Shown here: one piece after another, positions 46,720 to 54,880 of the stretch
Layout of the letters: every line of letters begins with the position of its first letter
Position numbering within the stretch: position 1 is the stretch's first letter
Source of the DNA: Candidatus Saccharimonadia bacterium
GTDB taxonomy: Bacteria; Patescibacteriota; Saccharimonadia; UBA4664; SCTI01
Reading direction: 5' to 3'
Assembly (NCBI GenBank): GCA_046597065.1
Contig: JBKJLI010000003.1
Coordinates: 72,219 to 136,218, forward strand
DNA: 64,000 nucleotides
The notes under the pieces: generated by a model
The model's input: the letters and a program-made list of their open reading frames with translations, nothing else
Told to the model about the DNA's origin: nothing
The model's database searches: none
Position numbers and translations under genes: made by a program

Positions 46720-46936
46720 GCTTAAGCGGATTAAAAGGTCGGAACGCTAGCCTATGCGTTGTAGTAGCGATTCAGTCAAGCCAAGGCTACGAGGGCTCCG
46801 AAATGAGACACAAAACAATCCCTTTTTATAGTGTCTTATTTGTCTCATTTCCTCCTTAGGCACTATAATTCTTGAGACAGTCGGAAAGTTCCTGACCCGG
46901 CTGCTCCGCCAGTAATAATTAAAGTATAATTAGGCA

Positions 46937-47719
46937 ATGAGTAGCCCAAAGACCATTGTTATCACCGGTGCATCAGGCGGCATCGGTTTAGAGTTAGCAC
47001 GAATTGCAGCCGAGCAAGGATTCGCCCTCGTGCTGGTGGCTCGCGGCCATGACAGTTTACAAATGATTGCCCGTGAGCTGCGCGAGGCCTTCAACGTTGA
47101 GGTAGAGGTAATTGAGCTGGACCTGTCAAAGGCCGGTGCTGCTAAAAAACTTGCGGTTGCCATTGCCAAAGAGGGCATCGAGCCCTACGTTCTGATTAAT
47201 AATGCTGGCTTTGGCTTGGGTGGAGCTTTTGCTAGACAAGATCCGGTTCGAATAAGCGCCATGATGCAGCTAAATATGGTGGCTTTAACCGAGCTAACCC
47301 GGATACTTTTACCAGGCATGATAGAGCGTAGTGAGGGTAGGGTATTAAATGTAGCCTCCACTGCCGCCTTTTTACCGGGACCATACATGGCAGTTTATTA
47401 CGCTACCAAATCTTATGTATTATCGTTTAGTCAGGCCCTAAGCGATGAACTTAAGGGCAGCGGGGTGACTGCCACAGCCTTGTGCCCGCCACCTACCAAA
47501 ACTCATTTTGCAAAGGAGGCCGACCTAGAGGGAACCCGGCTGTTTAGCGGTAAACTAATGTCGGCGCGCGAGGTTGCCCAGGCAGGGTTTAAGGGTATGC
47601 TATCTGGAAAGCGAGTGGTGTTACCAGGGGCCGCCGCCAAGCGTATTTTATGGCTGTCGCGGATATTACCGACTAGATTGGCATTGCCATTGGTGCGTCG
47701 TATACAGGGGGGTAAATAG
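46937..47719 (+). CDS. SDR-family short-chain dehydrogenase/reductase
   Basis: TGASGGIG Rossmann motif, NNAG, and the catalytic YxxxK (YYATKSY). Confidence 0.85.
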   Translation: MSSPKTIVITGASGGIGLELARIAAEQGFALVLVARGHDSLQMIARELREAFNVEVEVIELDLSKAGAAKKLAVAIAKEGIEPYVLINNAGFGLGGAFARQDPVRISAMMQLNMVALTELTRILLPGMIERSEGRVLNVASTAAFLPGPYMAVYYATKSYVLSFSQALSDELKGSGVTATALCPPPTKTHFAKEADLEGTRLFSGKLMSAREVAQAGFKGMLSGKRVVLPGAAAKRILWLSRILPTRLALPLVRRIQGGK

Positions 47720-48090
47720 TGAGCACAATCGTCCCTCTAGAGCATCACAAATATGATCTATTAATGAAGAATAAAAATCCCATGGCACTTAGGCTTAATG
47801 ATTCACATCATCAGAATATTCAAGTTGGAGACGTTGTTGAATACAGTGGTCATAACACGATTATGGATCGCCAACGCTTTAAGGTGGTAGGGCGCTTTGA
47901 TCATGATACGGTGCGCTCGGCGGTATCAGCGATTGAGCATTCTAGTTTATCTACCCTCGATAAAATAAAAATGAGTGAAGGGTTTTTAGATCATCATGGT
48001 ACGGCTGCCCAGTCACATTCAGTGGTAGCTTTGCAGCTTGCACCTCACCCTGGTGGTCCGTCGCTTCGATCGGTACCCACAAGGCTGTAA
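47719..48090 (+). CDS. ASCH/PUA-like domain protein (YqfB-like)
   Basis: Pattern resembling the YqfB ASCH fold (RLNDSHHQNIQVGDVVEY...FKVVGRFDHDTV). The true start may be an internal Met. Confidence 0.35.
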   Translation: MSTIVPLEHHKYDLLMKNKNPMALRLNDSHHQNIQVGDVVEYSGHNTIMDRQRFKVVGRFDHDTVRSAVSAIEHSSLSTLDKIKMSEGFLDHHGTAAQSHSVVALQLAPHPGGPSLRSVPTRL

Positions 48091-48704
48091 ATTTCGTTAC
48101 GAAATCCGCCTTCTTAAGCCATAAAGTACTTAATCTCATCTGTAAAACCAAAATGGCTGTGCTTGCACGGCCGACCACCGAAGCCTATATTTAATAACGT
48201 CCTTATTGCAGTACCGATGAGTTAAGGAGGGTGCAGTGCCAACTGCTTCCGCACCGCACCGTCGCCACGGAACTGGGCGATCATGGTCACCAAAAGTCAC
48301 TGGGTGGCCAAAGCCAGATCCGTTGCCAGAGGGAGTTCGGCGAGCGCTTGATTCGCTGGCCAAAGATGGCCGCAGACCACGCCCTGCTTCCAACTCCCAC
48401 ACCAGAACTTTGAGGTTGCCGGTGTAGCCGAGCGTAGAAAATTTTGGCAGTTGCCAGAACTCACTCACGCAAAACACACCAAAAACCTCACCACCTACTT
48501 TTCCCAGCTGCATCCCCTGCCTGCTGGGTGAAGAGCGGGATCGTCGATTCGTCGACGGTCCCGCATTAATTTCTTAACTAAAAATTAAAGCGCTTGAGCT
48601 TTGGAAACAGCAGTAGCATAATGAAAACTAGAATGGTGAGGTGGAGTTATCTTACCGTTCGCTTTGAAAATCAGTACTACATACAACCTTCGGAAGGGGA
48701 CCAA

Positions 48705-49877
48705 ACCATGGTCGTCGTATCTTTGGACGCATCTGTGCATGATGCCGTCCAAGGGGCGGTGATTGCGGAAAGGCCGAACCTCAAGCTCATTAGTGGCGAG
48801 CATCGCATCGACGGCCCCTATCGGGGTACCGAGTTGCGCCAAGCACGCCAGTATTACGATCCTCGCAAGATCGAAACACTGGCCAGCAGTATAAAGCTGT
48901 ATGGACTCTTTAGCCCGGTCGAGCTCGTAACACTTGATGCGGCAAAGGCGGAGGAGTATCTGCATGTCTGGAATCGGGTCTGGCAAACCAGCTACACCCT
49001 TGATGACATTCCCCTTGGGCCATCCGGCCTTTATGAGATTGTCGTCACCGGGCACTGCCGGCGTCGAGCTGGAATAGCGCTGTGCGAAGCCGGTAAACCG
49101 CCGAAAGATTGGCCGATCAAGATCGTTGATTTGACGCCGATTGAAGCGCTCGACCGCCAGCTTCACGAGAACATCCACACCCTTCCCGAAGCATGGGAGG
49201 ATGCCGAGTGCATCTACCGGATGTGGAGATTTGCCGAAGAGACAACGGGAGTCGCACCGTCGATAGCGGAGCTGGCCCGGAAAGCTGGACGCTCCGAGAG
49301 TGCCGTTCGCGGATACCTCAAGTTCGCCGAGGCGCCGGAGTGTGTACAAGATGCAGTTCGTACACACTCGATCCCTTACGGCATAGGGCTGTTGCTTGGG
49401 TCTGCGGTTTCGGTTGGTGCTATCACGCAGATGGACTGCGCCGAGCACTGGCTGCCGCTAGGCACCCTGCCTGGTCAGACCGTCGAAGTGTTCGCAAAGT
49501 CAATGAAGGATCGGATCGACCAAGCACGGCTTGGACAAGAAGATCTGTTTGGCGATCTCGACACCCAGGCAGTCAGAGAGGCCTACGAGAACGACCGTCT
49601 GGCGATCGTTTTGCCCGAGATGGTACGCCGTCTCACCGAGAATCATCGCTACTTTAGGGTGGTTCTTGATCTGGCAGTTGCCGGTAAGCTAGGCCGGGAT
49701 GGTCCTTCTGGGATATTCTCGGCTGCAAGCCCGGCCCGCCACTTGATGGACGTGATCTCGTTGCTGGAGCAGCTACTTCCACACCTCAAAACCGCACTGA
49801 CTCAAGCCGATCATGACCGCGCCGAGGCGGTTCTGGCTGAGGTCGCATCGGTACTACCGGCGCTGATAGCGGTTTAG
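48705..49877 (+). CDS. ParB/sulfiredoxin-domain protein (orphan ParB-like nuclease), GC-rich
   Basis: ParB N-terminal motif (IETLASSIKLYGLFSPVELV...VTGHCRRRAG). AAGGGGA Shine-Dalgarno before ATG 48705. No adjacent parA. Confidence 0.6.
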   Translation, partial: TMVVVSLDASVHDAVQGAVIAERPNLKLISGEHRIDGPYRGTELRQARQYYDPRKIETLASSIKLYGLFSPVELVTLDAAKAEEYLHVWNRVWQTSYTLDDIPLGPSGLYEIVVTGHCRRRAGIALCEAGKPPKDWPIKIVDLTPIEALDRQLHENIHTLPEAWEDAECIYRMWRFAEETTGVAPSIAELARKAGRSESAVRGYLKFAEAPECVQDAVRTHSIPYGIGLLLGSAVSVGAITQMDCAEHWLPLGTLPGQTVEVFAKSMKDRIDQARLGQEDLFGDLDTQAVREAYENDRLAIVLPEMVRRLTENHRYFRVVLDLAVAGKLGRDGPSGIFSAASPARHLMDVISLLEQLLPHLKTALTQADHDRAEAVLAEVASVLPALIAV

Positions 49878-49954
49878 TTCTTGCCTCTGGAGGGCAAGGA
49901 GCGGGCGGCGGGCTAGTCGGGGAAATGGGGCCCGTCGGCCAACGAAGTACTGAT

Positions 49955-49990
49955 TACCCGGTCTCTCGATCAGAGGGGCCGGGTTTTCGG
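49955..49990 (+). terminator. Rho-independent terminator upstream of dnaG
   Basis: CCCGGTCTCTCGATCAGAGGGGCCGGGTTTTCGG. Confidence 0.6.
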
Positions 49991-50040
49991 TATCAACGAT
50001 TTTCGCTCTTTATTCGGCCAACAGGTGGTACAATACCGTT

Positions 50041-51792
50041 ATGAACGAAGTGGAGTTGGTTAAAGAGCGGCTAGATATTGCCGATGTCATTGGCGATTAT
50101 GTGCAGTTGCGCCCGGCCGGCCGAAACCTAAAGGCACCATGCCCGTTCCACCACGAAAAAACTGCCAGTTTTATGGTAAGCCCCGAAAAAGGGATTTGGC
50201 ATTGCTTTGGCTGCAATGAAGGCGGTGATGTAATTACCTTTGTGATGAAGTACGAAGGTATGGAGTTTCGGCCAGCCTTGGAAATGTTGGCCAAGCGCGC
50301 CGGTATTGAGCTTAAGGCACGTGGGTCAGGGGATAGTCAAAAGTCTAAGCAAGAGTTAGAGCGCTTGCGCGAGGCTACGGCTATGGCGGTACGTTACTTT
50401 CAGGAATCATTAATAAAGAATAAAGATGCCTTGGCCTACGCTCAGGCACGCGGCTTAAAGCGTCAAACTGTGGCCGACTTTCAGATTGGTTACGCGCCAG
50501 ATGATTGGAACGCACTGGGCCATTACTTGGTTAAAAAGGGCTTTAATGAGGCTGAATTAAAGCGAGCTGGCCTAGTTGGGCAACGTGATGGTCGCACGTC
50601 TACATATGATATGTTTCGAGCGCGATTGGTTTTTACTATCTGCGACGCTTCTGGGACGCCGGTAGGATTTACCGGTCGGGTACTATCTGATGACCAAATG
50701 CCGAAGTATTTAAATACACCCCAAACTCCTTTGTACGATAAAAGTCGCGTAATTTACGGCCTACATTTAGCCAAAGAGGCCATTAGAGAACATGACGAGG
50801 TGGTACTGGTAGAGGGAAATATGGATGTGGTAGCTAGTCATCAGGCCGGGGTAAAGCAGGTAGTGGCGGTTAGCGGGACAGCCTTAACCGAACAGCAGCT
50901 AAAAGCGCTGAGCCGGCTGACCAAAAACCTCAAGCTGTGCTTTGATGGCGACGCCGCCGGCCTGCGTGCCACCGAGCGGGCGATTGAGCTTAGCCAGGGC
51001 CTGGGTATCAATTTAGCGGTGATAACTTTGCCCGACGCCAAAGATCCCGATGAGCTAATTGCCAAAAATCTGCCCGCTTGGAAGCAAGCAATCGCTAATG
51101 CTCAGTACGCGATTGACTATTTGTTTGAGGCTTTGGCAAGCCAATATGACTTAAATAGTGCTGCCGGAAAGCGTGGATATAGCGATCATTTGAGTACAAA
51201 TCTGCGCCAACTTTCGGACCCAGTAGAACGTGAACACTATGTTAGTTTACTGGCCACCAAACTTTCGACTACCGAAGAGGCTATCCGCCAAAAATTAGCC
51301 GGCCGGAATCAAGCCAGCCTTCCAGTTTCGGCCACCAAAATACCGGCTACTGTAGTGGTACCTAAAGCCCGACCTGCCAAGCAGCTGCTAGAAGAGTCGG
51401 TACTAGCCCTAAACCTAGCTTATCCAGAAGTGCGCTTGAGTTTAGAAGAGCTAACCCCGGCCCACTTTTCTGACCCCGATCACCAGATGATCGTTGAAAC
51501 TCTACAGCGGGTTGGCACAGATAGAGTGGATGCCATCGCCCAACACTTGCCAAACCAATCCGATTATGTCAAAATACTGGCATTGAGGGGCGAAGAAGAG
51601 TATGGCTCATTCGCTCCCGCAGATCGCAGCTTAGAGGCCTTCGAGCTGGTTAGACGACTGCAAACCGCTTCAAATAAAGACACCCAGACTAAATTGCAAA
51701 AAAAACTGCGTGAAGCCCAAGCCAGTGGCGACACGCAACTTGTACATACGTTACTCGGCCAATACCAAGCATTGGTCGGTGACGGAGATTAA
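50041..51792 (+). CDS. dnaG: DNA primase
   Basis: CHC2 zinc finger ([11 protein letters not shown]...[10 protein letters not shown]), Toprim domain (EGNMDV...DGDAAG). Confidence 0.92.
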   Translation: MNEVELVKERLDIADVIGDYVQLRPAGRNLKAPCPFHHEKTASFMVSPEKGIWHCFGCNEGGDVITFVMKYEGMEFRPALEMLAKRAGIELKARGSGDSQKSKQELERLREATAMAVRYFQESLIKNKDALAYAQARGLKRQTVADFQIGYAPDDWNALGHYLVKKGFNEAELKRAGLVGQRDGRTSTYDMFRARLVFTICDASGTPVGFTGRVLSDDQMPKYLNTPQTPLYDKSRVIYGLHLAKEAIREHDEVVLVEGNMDVVASHQAGVKQVVAVSGTALTEQQLKALSRLTKNLKLCFDGDAAGLRATERAIELSQGLGINLAVITLPDAKDPDELIAKNLPAWKQAIANAQYAIDYLFEALASQYDLNSAAGKRGYSDHLSTNLRQLSDPVEREHYVSLLATKLSTTEEAIRQKLAGRNQASLPVSATKIPATVVVPKARPAKQLLEESVLALNLAYPEVRLSLEELTPAHFSDPDHQMIVETLQRVGTDRVDAIAQHLPNQSDYVKILALRGEEEYGSFAPADRSLEAFELVRRLQTASNKDTQTKLQKKLREAQASGDTQLVHTLLGQYQALVGDGD

Positions 51793-51827
51793 TATGGCGC
51801 CCAGCAGGCGTCTTAGAAGGAGTTATT

Positions 51828-52937
51828 TTGGCCAAAAAAGCTGCCCCCGCACCCGAAGAAAAAGAAACTCATTATAGTCCTGAAGTCGATCGCCTGATTC
51901 AAAAGGGTAAAGAACAGGGCTTTGTGACCCAACAAGAGGTATCGCAGGTCTTTCCCGATGCCGAAGAAAACGTCGATGAGCTTGATGAGCTCTATGCTGC
52001 TCTGCTCGAAAACGGCGTAGAGCTAACCGACCAAAAAGATCGTCTGATTTGGGACAACGAGTCCGATGAAGCCGAATCAGCCACCGAGTCCGATGATTAC
52101 GTTAAGGACATTGCTGATGATTCAGTACGGCTGTACTTGCGCGAAATTGGCCGCGTACCACTACTAACCGCCGCCGAAGAGGTAGAGCTGGCCAAGCGAA
52201 TTGCTAAGGGTGATAAGGCCGCCAAAGACAAGATGGTCGAAGCCAACCTGCGTTTGGTAGTATCGATTGCCAAAAAGTACATTGGCCGTGGGTTAGACCT
52301 GTTAGATTTGATTCAAGAGGGTTCTAGCGGCTTGCTGCGTGCCGTTGAAAAGTTTGACTACACCAAGGGATTTAAGTTTAGTACCTACGCCACATGGTGG
52401 ATCCGCCAGGCCATTACCCGCGCCATTGCCGACCAGGCCCGCACCATCCGCATTCCGGTGCACATGGTTGAAACCATAAACAAGTTAATCCGTACCCAGC
52501 GTCGTTTGGTCCAAGAGCTTGGTCGCGAGCCACTGCCAGAAGAGATCGCTGCCGAGATGGAGATTGATGTCGATAAGGTAAATCACATCTTAAAAATCAA
52601 GCAGGATATCGTCTCGCTAGAAAGTCCAGTTGGCGACGATAAAGACTCCAGCCTGAGTGAGTTCATTGAGGATGTAGACGGCAAGCAGCCTCACGAAATG
52701 GCCGCCGACCAGCTGCTAAAAGAGCAGGTGGGAGAGGTGCTTGCGCTGTTAACCCCGCGCGAGCAAAAGATTTTGCGGATGCGCTTTGGGCTAGAAGACG
52801 GCCGCAGCCACACCCTAGAAGAGGTTGGCTTAGAGTTTGGTGTCACAAGAGAACGTATTCGCCAAATTGAGGCCAAGGCCTTAACCAAGTTGCGCAAGCA
52901 TCGCGAAAGTAAAAAGCTTAAAGACTACTTGGCTTAA
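51828..52937 (+). CDS. rpoD: RNA polymerase sigma factor RpoD (sigma-70)
   Basis: Region 2 ([44 protein letters not shown]) and region 4 ([23 protein letters not shown]). Confidence 0.93.
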   Translation: MAKKAAPAPEEKETHYSPEVDRLIQKGKEQGFVTQQEVSQVFPDAEENVDELDELYAALLENGVELTDQKDRLIWDNESDEAESATESDDYVKDIADDSVRLYLREIGRVPLLTAAEEVELAKRIAKGDKAAKDKMVEANLRLVVSIAKKYIGRGLDLLDLIQEGSSGLLRAVEKFDYTKGFKFSTYATWWIRQAITRAIADQARTIRIPVHMVETINKLIRTQRRLVQELGREPLPEEIAAEMEIDVDKVNHILKIKQDIVSLESPVGDDKDSSLSEFIEDVDGKQPHEMAADQLLKEQVGEVLALLTPREQKILRMRFGLEDGRSHTLEEVGLEFGVTRERIRQIEAKALTKLRKHRESKKLKDYLA

Positions 52938-52957
52938 GCAGATAATTTTTCACCAAG

Positions 52958-52983
52958 TTGCGCCCGTTTGGGCGCTTTTTGGT
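52958..52983 (+). terminator. Rho-independent terminator after rpoD
   Basis: GCGCCCGTTTGGGCGCTTTTTGG. Confidence 0.8.
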
Positions 52984-53011
52984 ATGATGGGGTTATAAAA
53001 GCGGGGTAGTT

Positions 53012-53488
53012 TTGAGCGGAGTTGATGGTCAGGAGAGTTTGTTTGATGAAGGTGCAAAAAAGGCGGAGGTTGGAGCCGTCACAAATGAGTATGCCGGCTT
53101 AGATAAACCCGAAGATGGTAGCCAAGAGGGTATCATGTCAGAGATTGGGCGCTTAGAACGAGAGAATGATGAACTACAGGAGAAAATCAATGAAATGGTT
53201 GATAGTAATAACCCCAATTCTACAAAACCATTATTTGATAAGATAGCGAAAAACAACTCTAGAATTCTCGTTTTAGGCACCAAGCTTTCCGATTTGCCAC
53301 CTAAGCCCCATTTTACAGCCGAAGAACTTAAAGAGGCTTTAGCCGAAAGAGATGCCAACGAAGCTGAAGCAGCCGAGGCTGCCAGTTCTTTGGCAGATAC
53401 CGAAAAGCCGGGGATACCACCACTTACAGAAGATGAGTTAGACCCAGAAGAACAACACCATCTTAATGACCCCGGCACTAGCCACTAG
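53012..53488 (+). CDS. Hypothetical acidic protein
   Basis: 158-aa ORF, E/D-rich, coiled-coil-like. No motif. Confidence 0.35.
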   Translation: MSGVDGQESLFDEGAKKAEVGAVTNEYAGLDKPEDGSQEGIMSEIGRLERENDELQEKINEMVDSNNPNSTKPLFDKIAKNNSRILVLGTKLSDLPPKPHFTAEELKEALAERDANEAEAAEAASSLADTEKPGIPPLTEDELDPEEQHHLNDPGTSH

Positions 53489-53559
53489 CCACAGCGGCAG
53501 GGGGTTGTGGGCCCACGCTATATCTAGTATAGTAATAGGTGGATTGTCCACGATCAAAG

Positions 53560-53745
53560 GAGGTTTCTCCACGCTCCATAGAGCCACTCAGTTTTGTGGC
53601 CCCTAAGGGCATCGTCGCATCACTCGTACGGACGGACATGAAGTCCCGGGGTACAAGCAGTAATACCTCGCGAGTAGAATGCCAGAGGCGATGGCCGCAC
53701 CTAGAACCACCTGACTCAAGACCCTCAGGTCTCAAAGATCAAGGA
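53560..53745 (+). promoter_or_regulatory. Candidate c-di-AMP (ydaO/kimA-type) riboswitch in the leader of the rpf-like gene
   Basis: GC-rich structured leader with GUACGGA..., CCCGGGGUACAAGCAG and CCGCACCUAGAACCACCUGACUCAAGACC resembling ydaO conserved segments. Actinobacterial rpf genes classically carry this riboswitch. Followed by AAGGAG and a GTG start. Confidence 0.35.
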
Positions 53746-53752
53746 GTAGCAA

Positions 53753-54292
53753 GTGCGACGATCTACACTGACACTCGTTCTCGTGCTTTTTGCGTTGAGC
53801 GTTTCGCTGGCCTATGGTCAGTCGTCAACGGGCCGTGCACGGCCCTCGACAGTGCACGCCGTTGGTCTGGCCGCGAGGCTAAGCCCAACCGAACCCAGTC
53901 TTAAGACGCAGATGCGTCGCGAGGCTGAACAAAATCTGGCCCGAAAGTTGCGTCGCGTGCGACGCCACCATCTGGCCTACATCAAAAAGGCCGAGCGGGC
54001 TCTAGCGGCTCGTTTGGCAAAGCAAGCGTCAACTCCGGTTGTCGCGACCGCCACATCCGTTGGTGGTAACTCTACTTTGGCGGCCATAGCGGCTTGCGAG
54101 AGTGGGGGTAACCCCAGGGCGGTCAGTGCCAGCGGCAGCTACCGCGGCCTATTCCAGTTTGACTATGGAACATGGGCCTCGGTTGGCGGCCAAGGCGATC
54201 CGGCGGCAGCGTCGGCCAGCGAGCAGTATGCTCGTGCAGCCATGTTGTATGCCAGATCAGGGTCGGCACCTTGGCCGGTTTGTGGTCGGTGA
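53753..54292 (+). CDS. Resuscitation-promoting-factor-like (Rpf) transglycosylase-domain protein, GC-rich
   Basis: Signal peptide. Rpf domain AIAACESGGNPRAVSASGSYRGLFQFDYGTWASVGG. Confidence 0.7.
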   Translation: MRRSTLTLVLVLFALSVSLAYGQSSTGRARPSTVHAVGLAARLSPTEPSLKTQMRREAEQNLARKLRRVRRHHLAYIKKAERALAARLAKQASTPVVATATSVGGNSTLAAIAACESGGNPRAVSASGSYRGLFQFDYGTWASVGGQGDPAAASASEQYARAAMLYARSGSAPWPVCGR

Positions 54293-54768
54293 TGACAATG
54301 ATCATCAACCGCACGCTAGTCACGGTGGCGGTACTATTGGCCACCCTTGTGTCGCTTGCGACACCGGTGTTGGTCCAGGCCACGACCCAAACGTCTGGAG
54401 CTCGCTCCGAACGCGTTGTTTCAGGCCACAAGGCACCCCGCTCGTACTGGATGGTTCATCAGCACGGCAAGCTGGTGGTCCATCCCAAGCTGCTGGCGAA
54501 ACATCTCAGCAACTTGAAGTTCGGCCGTAAACATTGGCCCAACTTGCGCAGGCTGTGGAGCAATGAGTCGGGATGGAACCCACTCGCTCGTAACCGCAGC
54601 ACCGGTGCTTGCGGAATTCCCCAAGCCAACCCCTGCAGCAAGATTCCCAAACCTGGCTCGATTAAGAGCCAGATCATTTGGGGTCTCAACTACATCAAGG
54701 CTCGCTACGGCAACCCGACGGCCGCGCTGTTCTTCTGGAACTCGCGCCGGCCTTACGGTTGGTACTAG
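54292..54768 (+). CDS. Secreted lysozyme-like/SLT-domain protein
   Basis: Start at the internal Met (MTMIINRTLVTVAVLLATLVSLA signal peptide). SLT-like catalytic region WSNESGWNPLARNRSTGACGIPQ. Confidence 0.55.
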   Translation: MTMIINRTLVTVAVLLATLVSLATPVLVQATTQTSGARSERVVSGHKAPRSYWMVHQHGKLVVHPKLLAKHLSNLKFGRKHWPNLRRLWSNESGWNPLARNRSTGACGIPQANPCSKIPKPGSIKSQIIWGLNYIKARYGNPTAALFFWNSRRPYGWY

Positions 54769-54880
54769 CCAGCACATGGGCGGTTAGTTTTCGCCCCGGA
54801 GAAGCCTTGGTTTTTCCGGGGCTTCTTCACGCCCAAATAACCCGCTGCCGCGCCACATATTAAGATATAATGATTGCATT

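Larger units (their letters stand above)
28864..46913. mobile_element. Integrated prophage-like island at tRNA-Ser(GGA), carrying a recombinase, terminase-like genes, methyltransferases, an HNH endonuclease, a repressor/Cro pair, a GC-rich pyrDFE insert and a DGR; the right boundary is uncertain
   Basis: Large serine recombinase adjacent to the tRNA. 10-nt direct repeat CTCCGCCAGT at the tRNA 3' end (28856-28865) and at 46904-46913, just before backbone-like genes resume. Phage-type gene content. No capsid, portal or tail genes were recognised, so it may be a degraded prophage or a satellite-like element. Confidence 0.5.
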
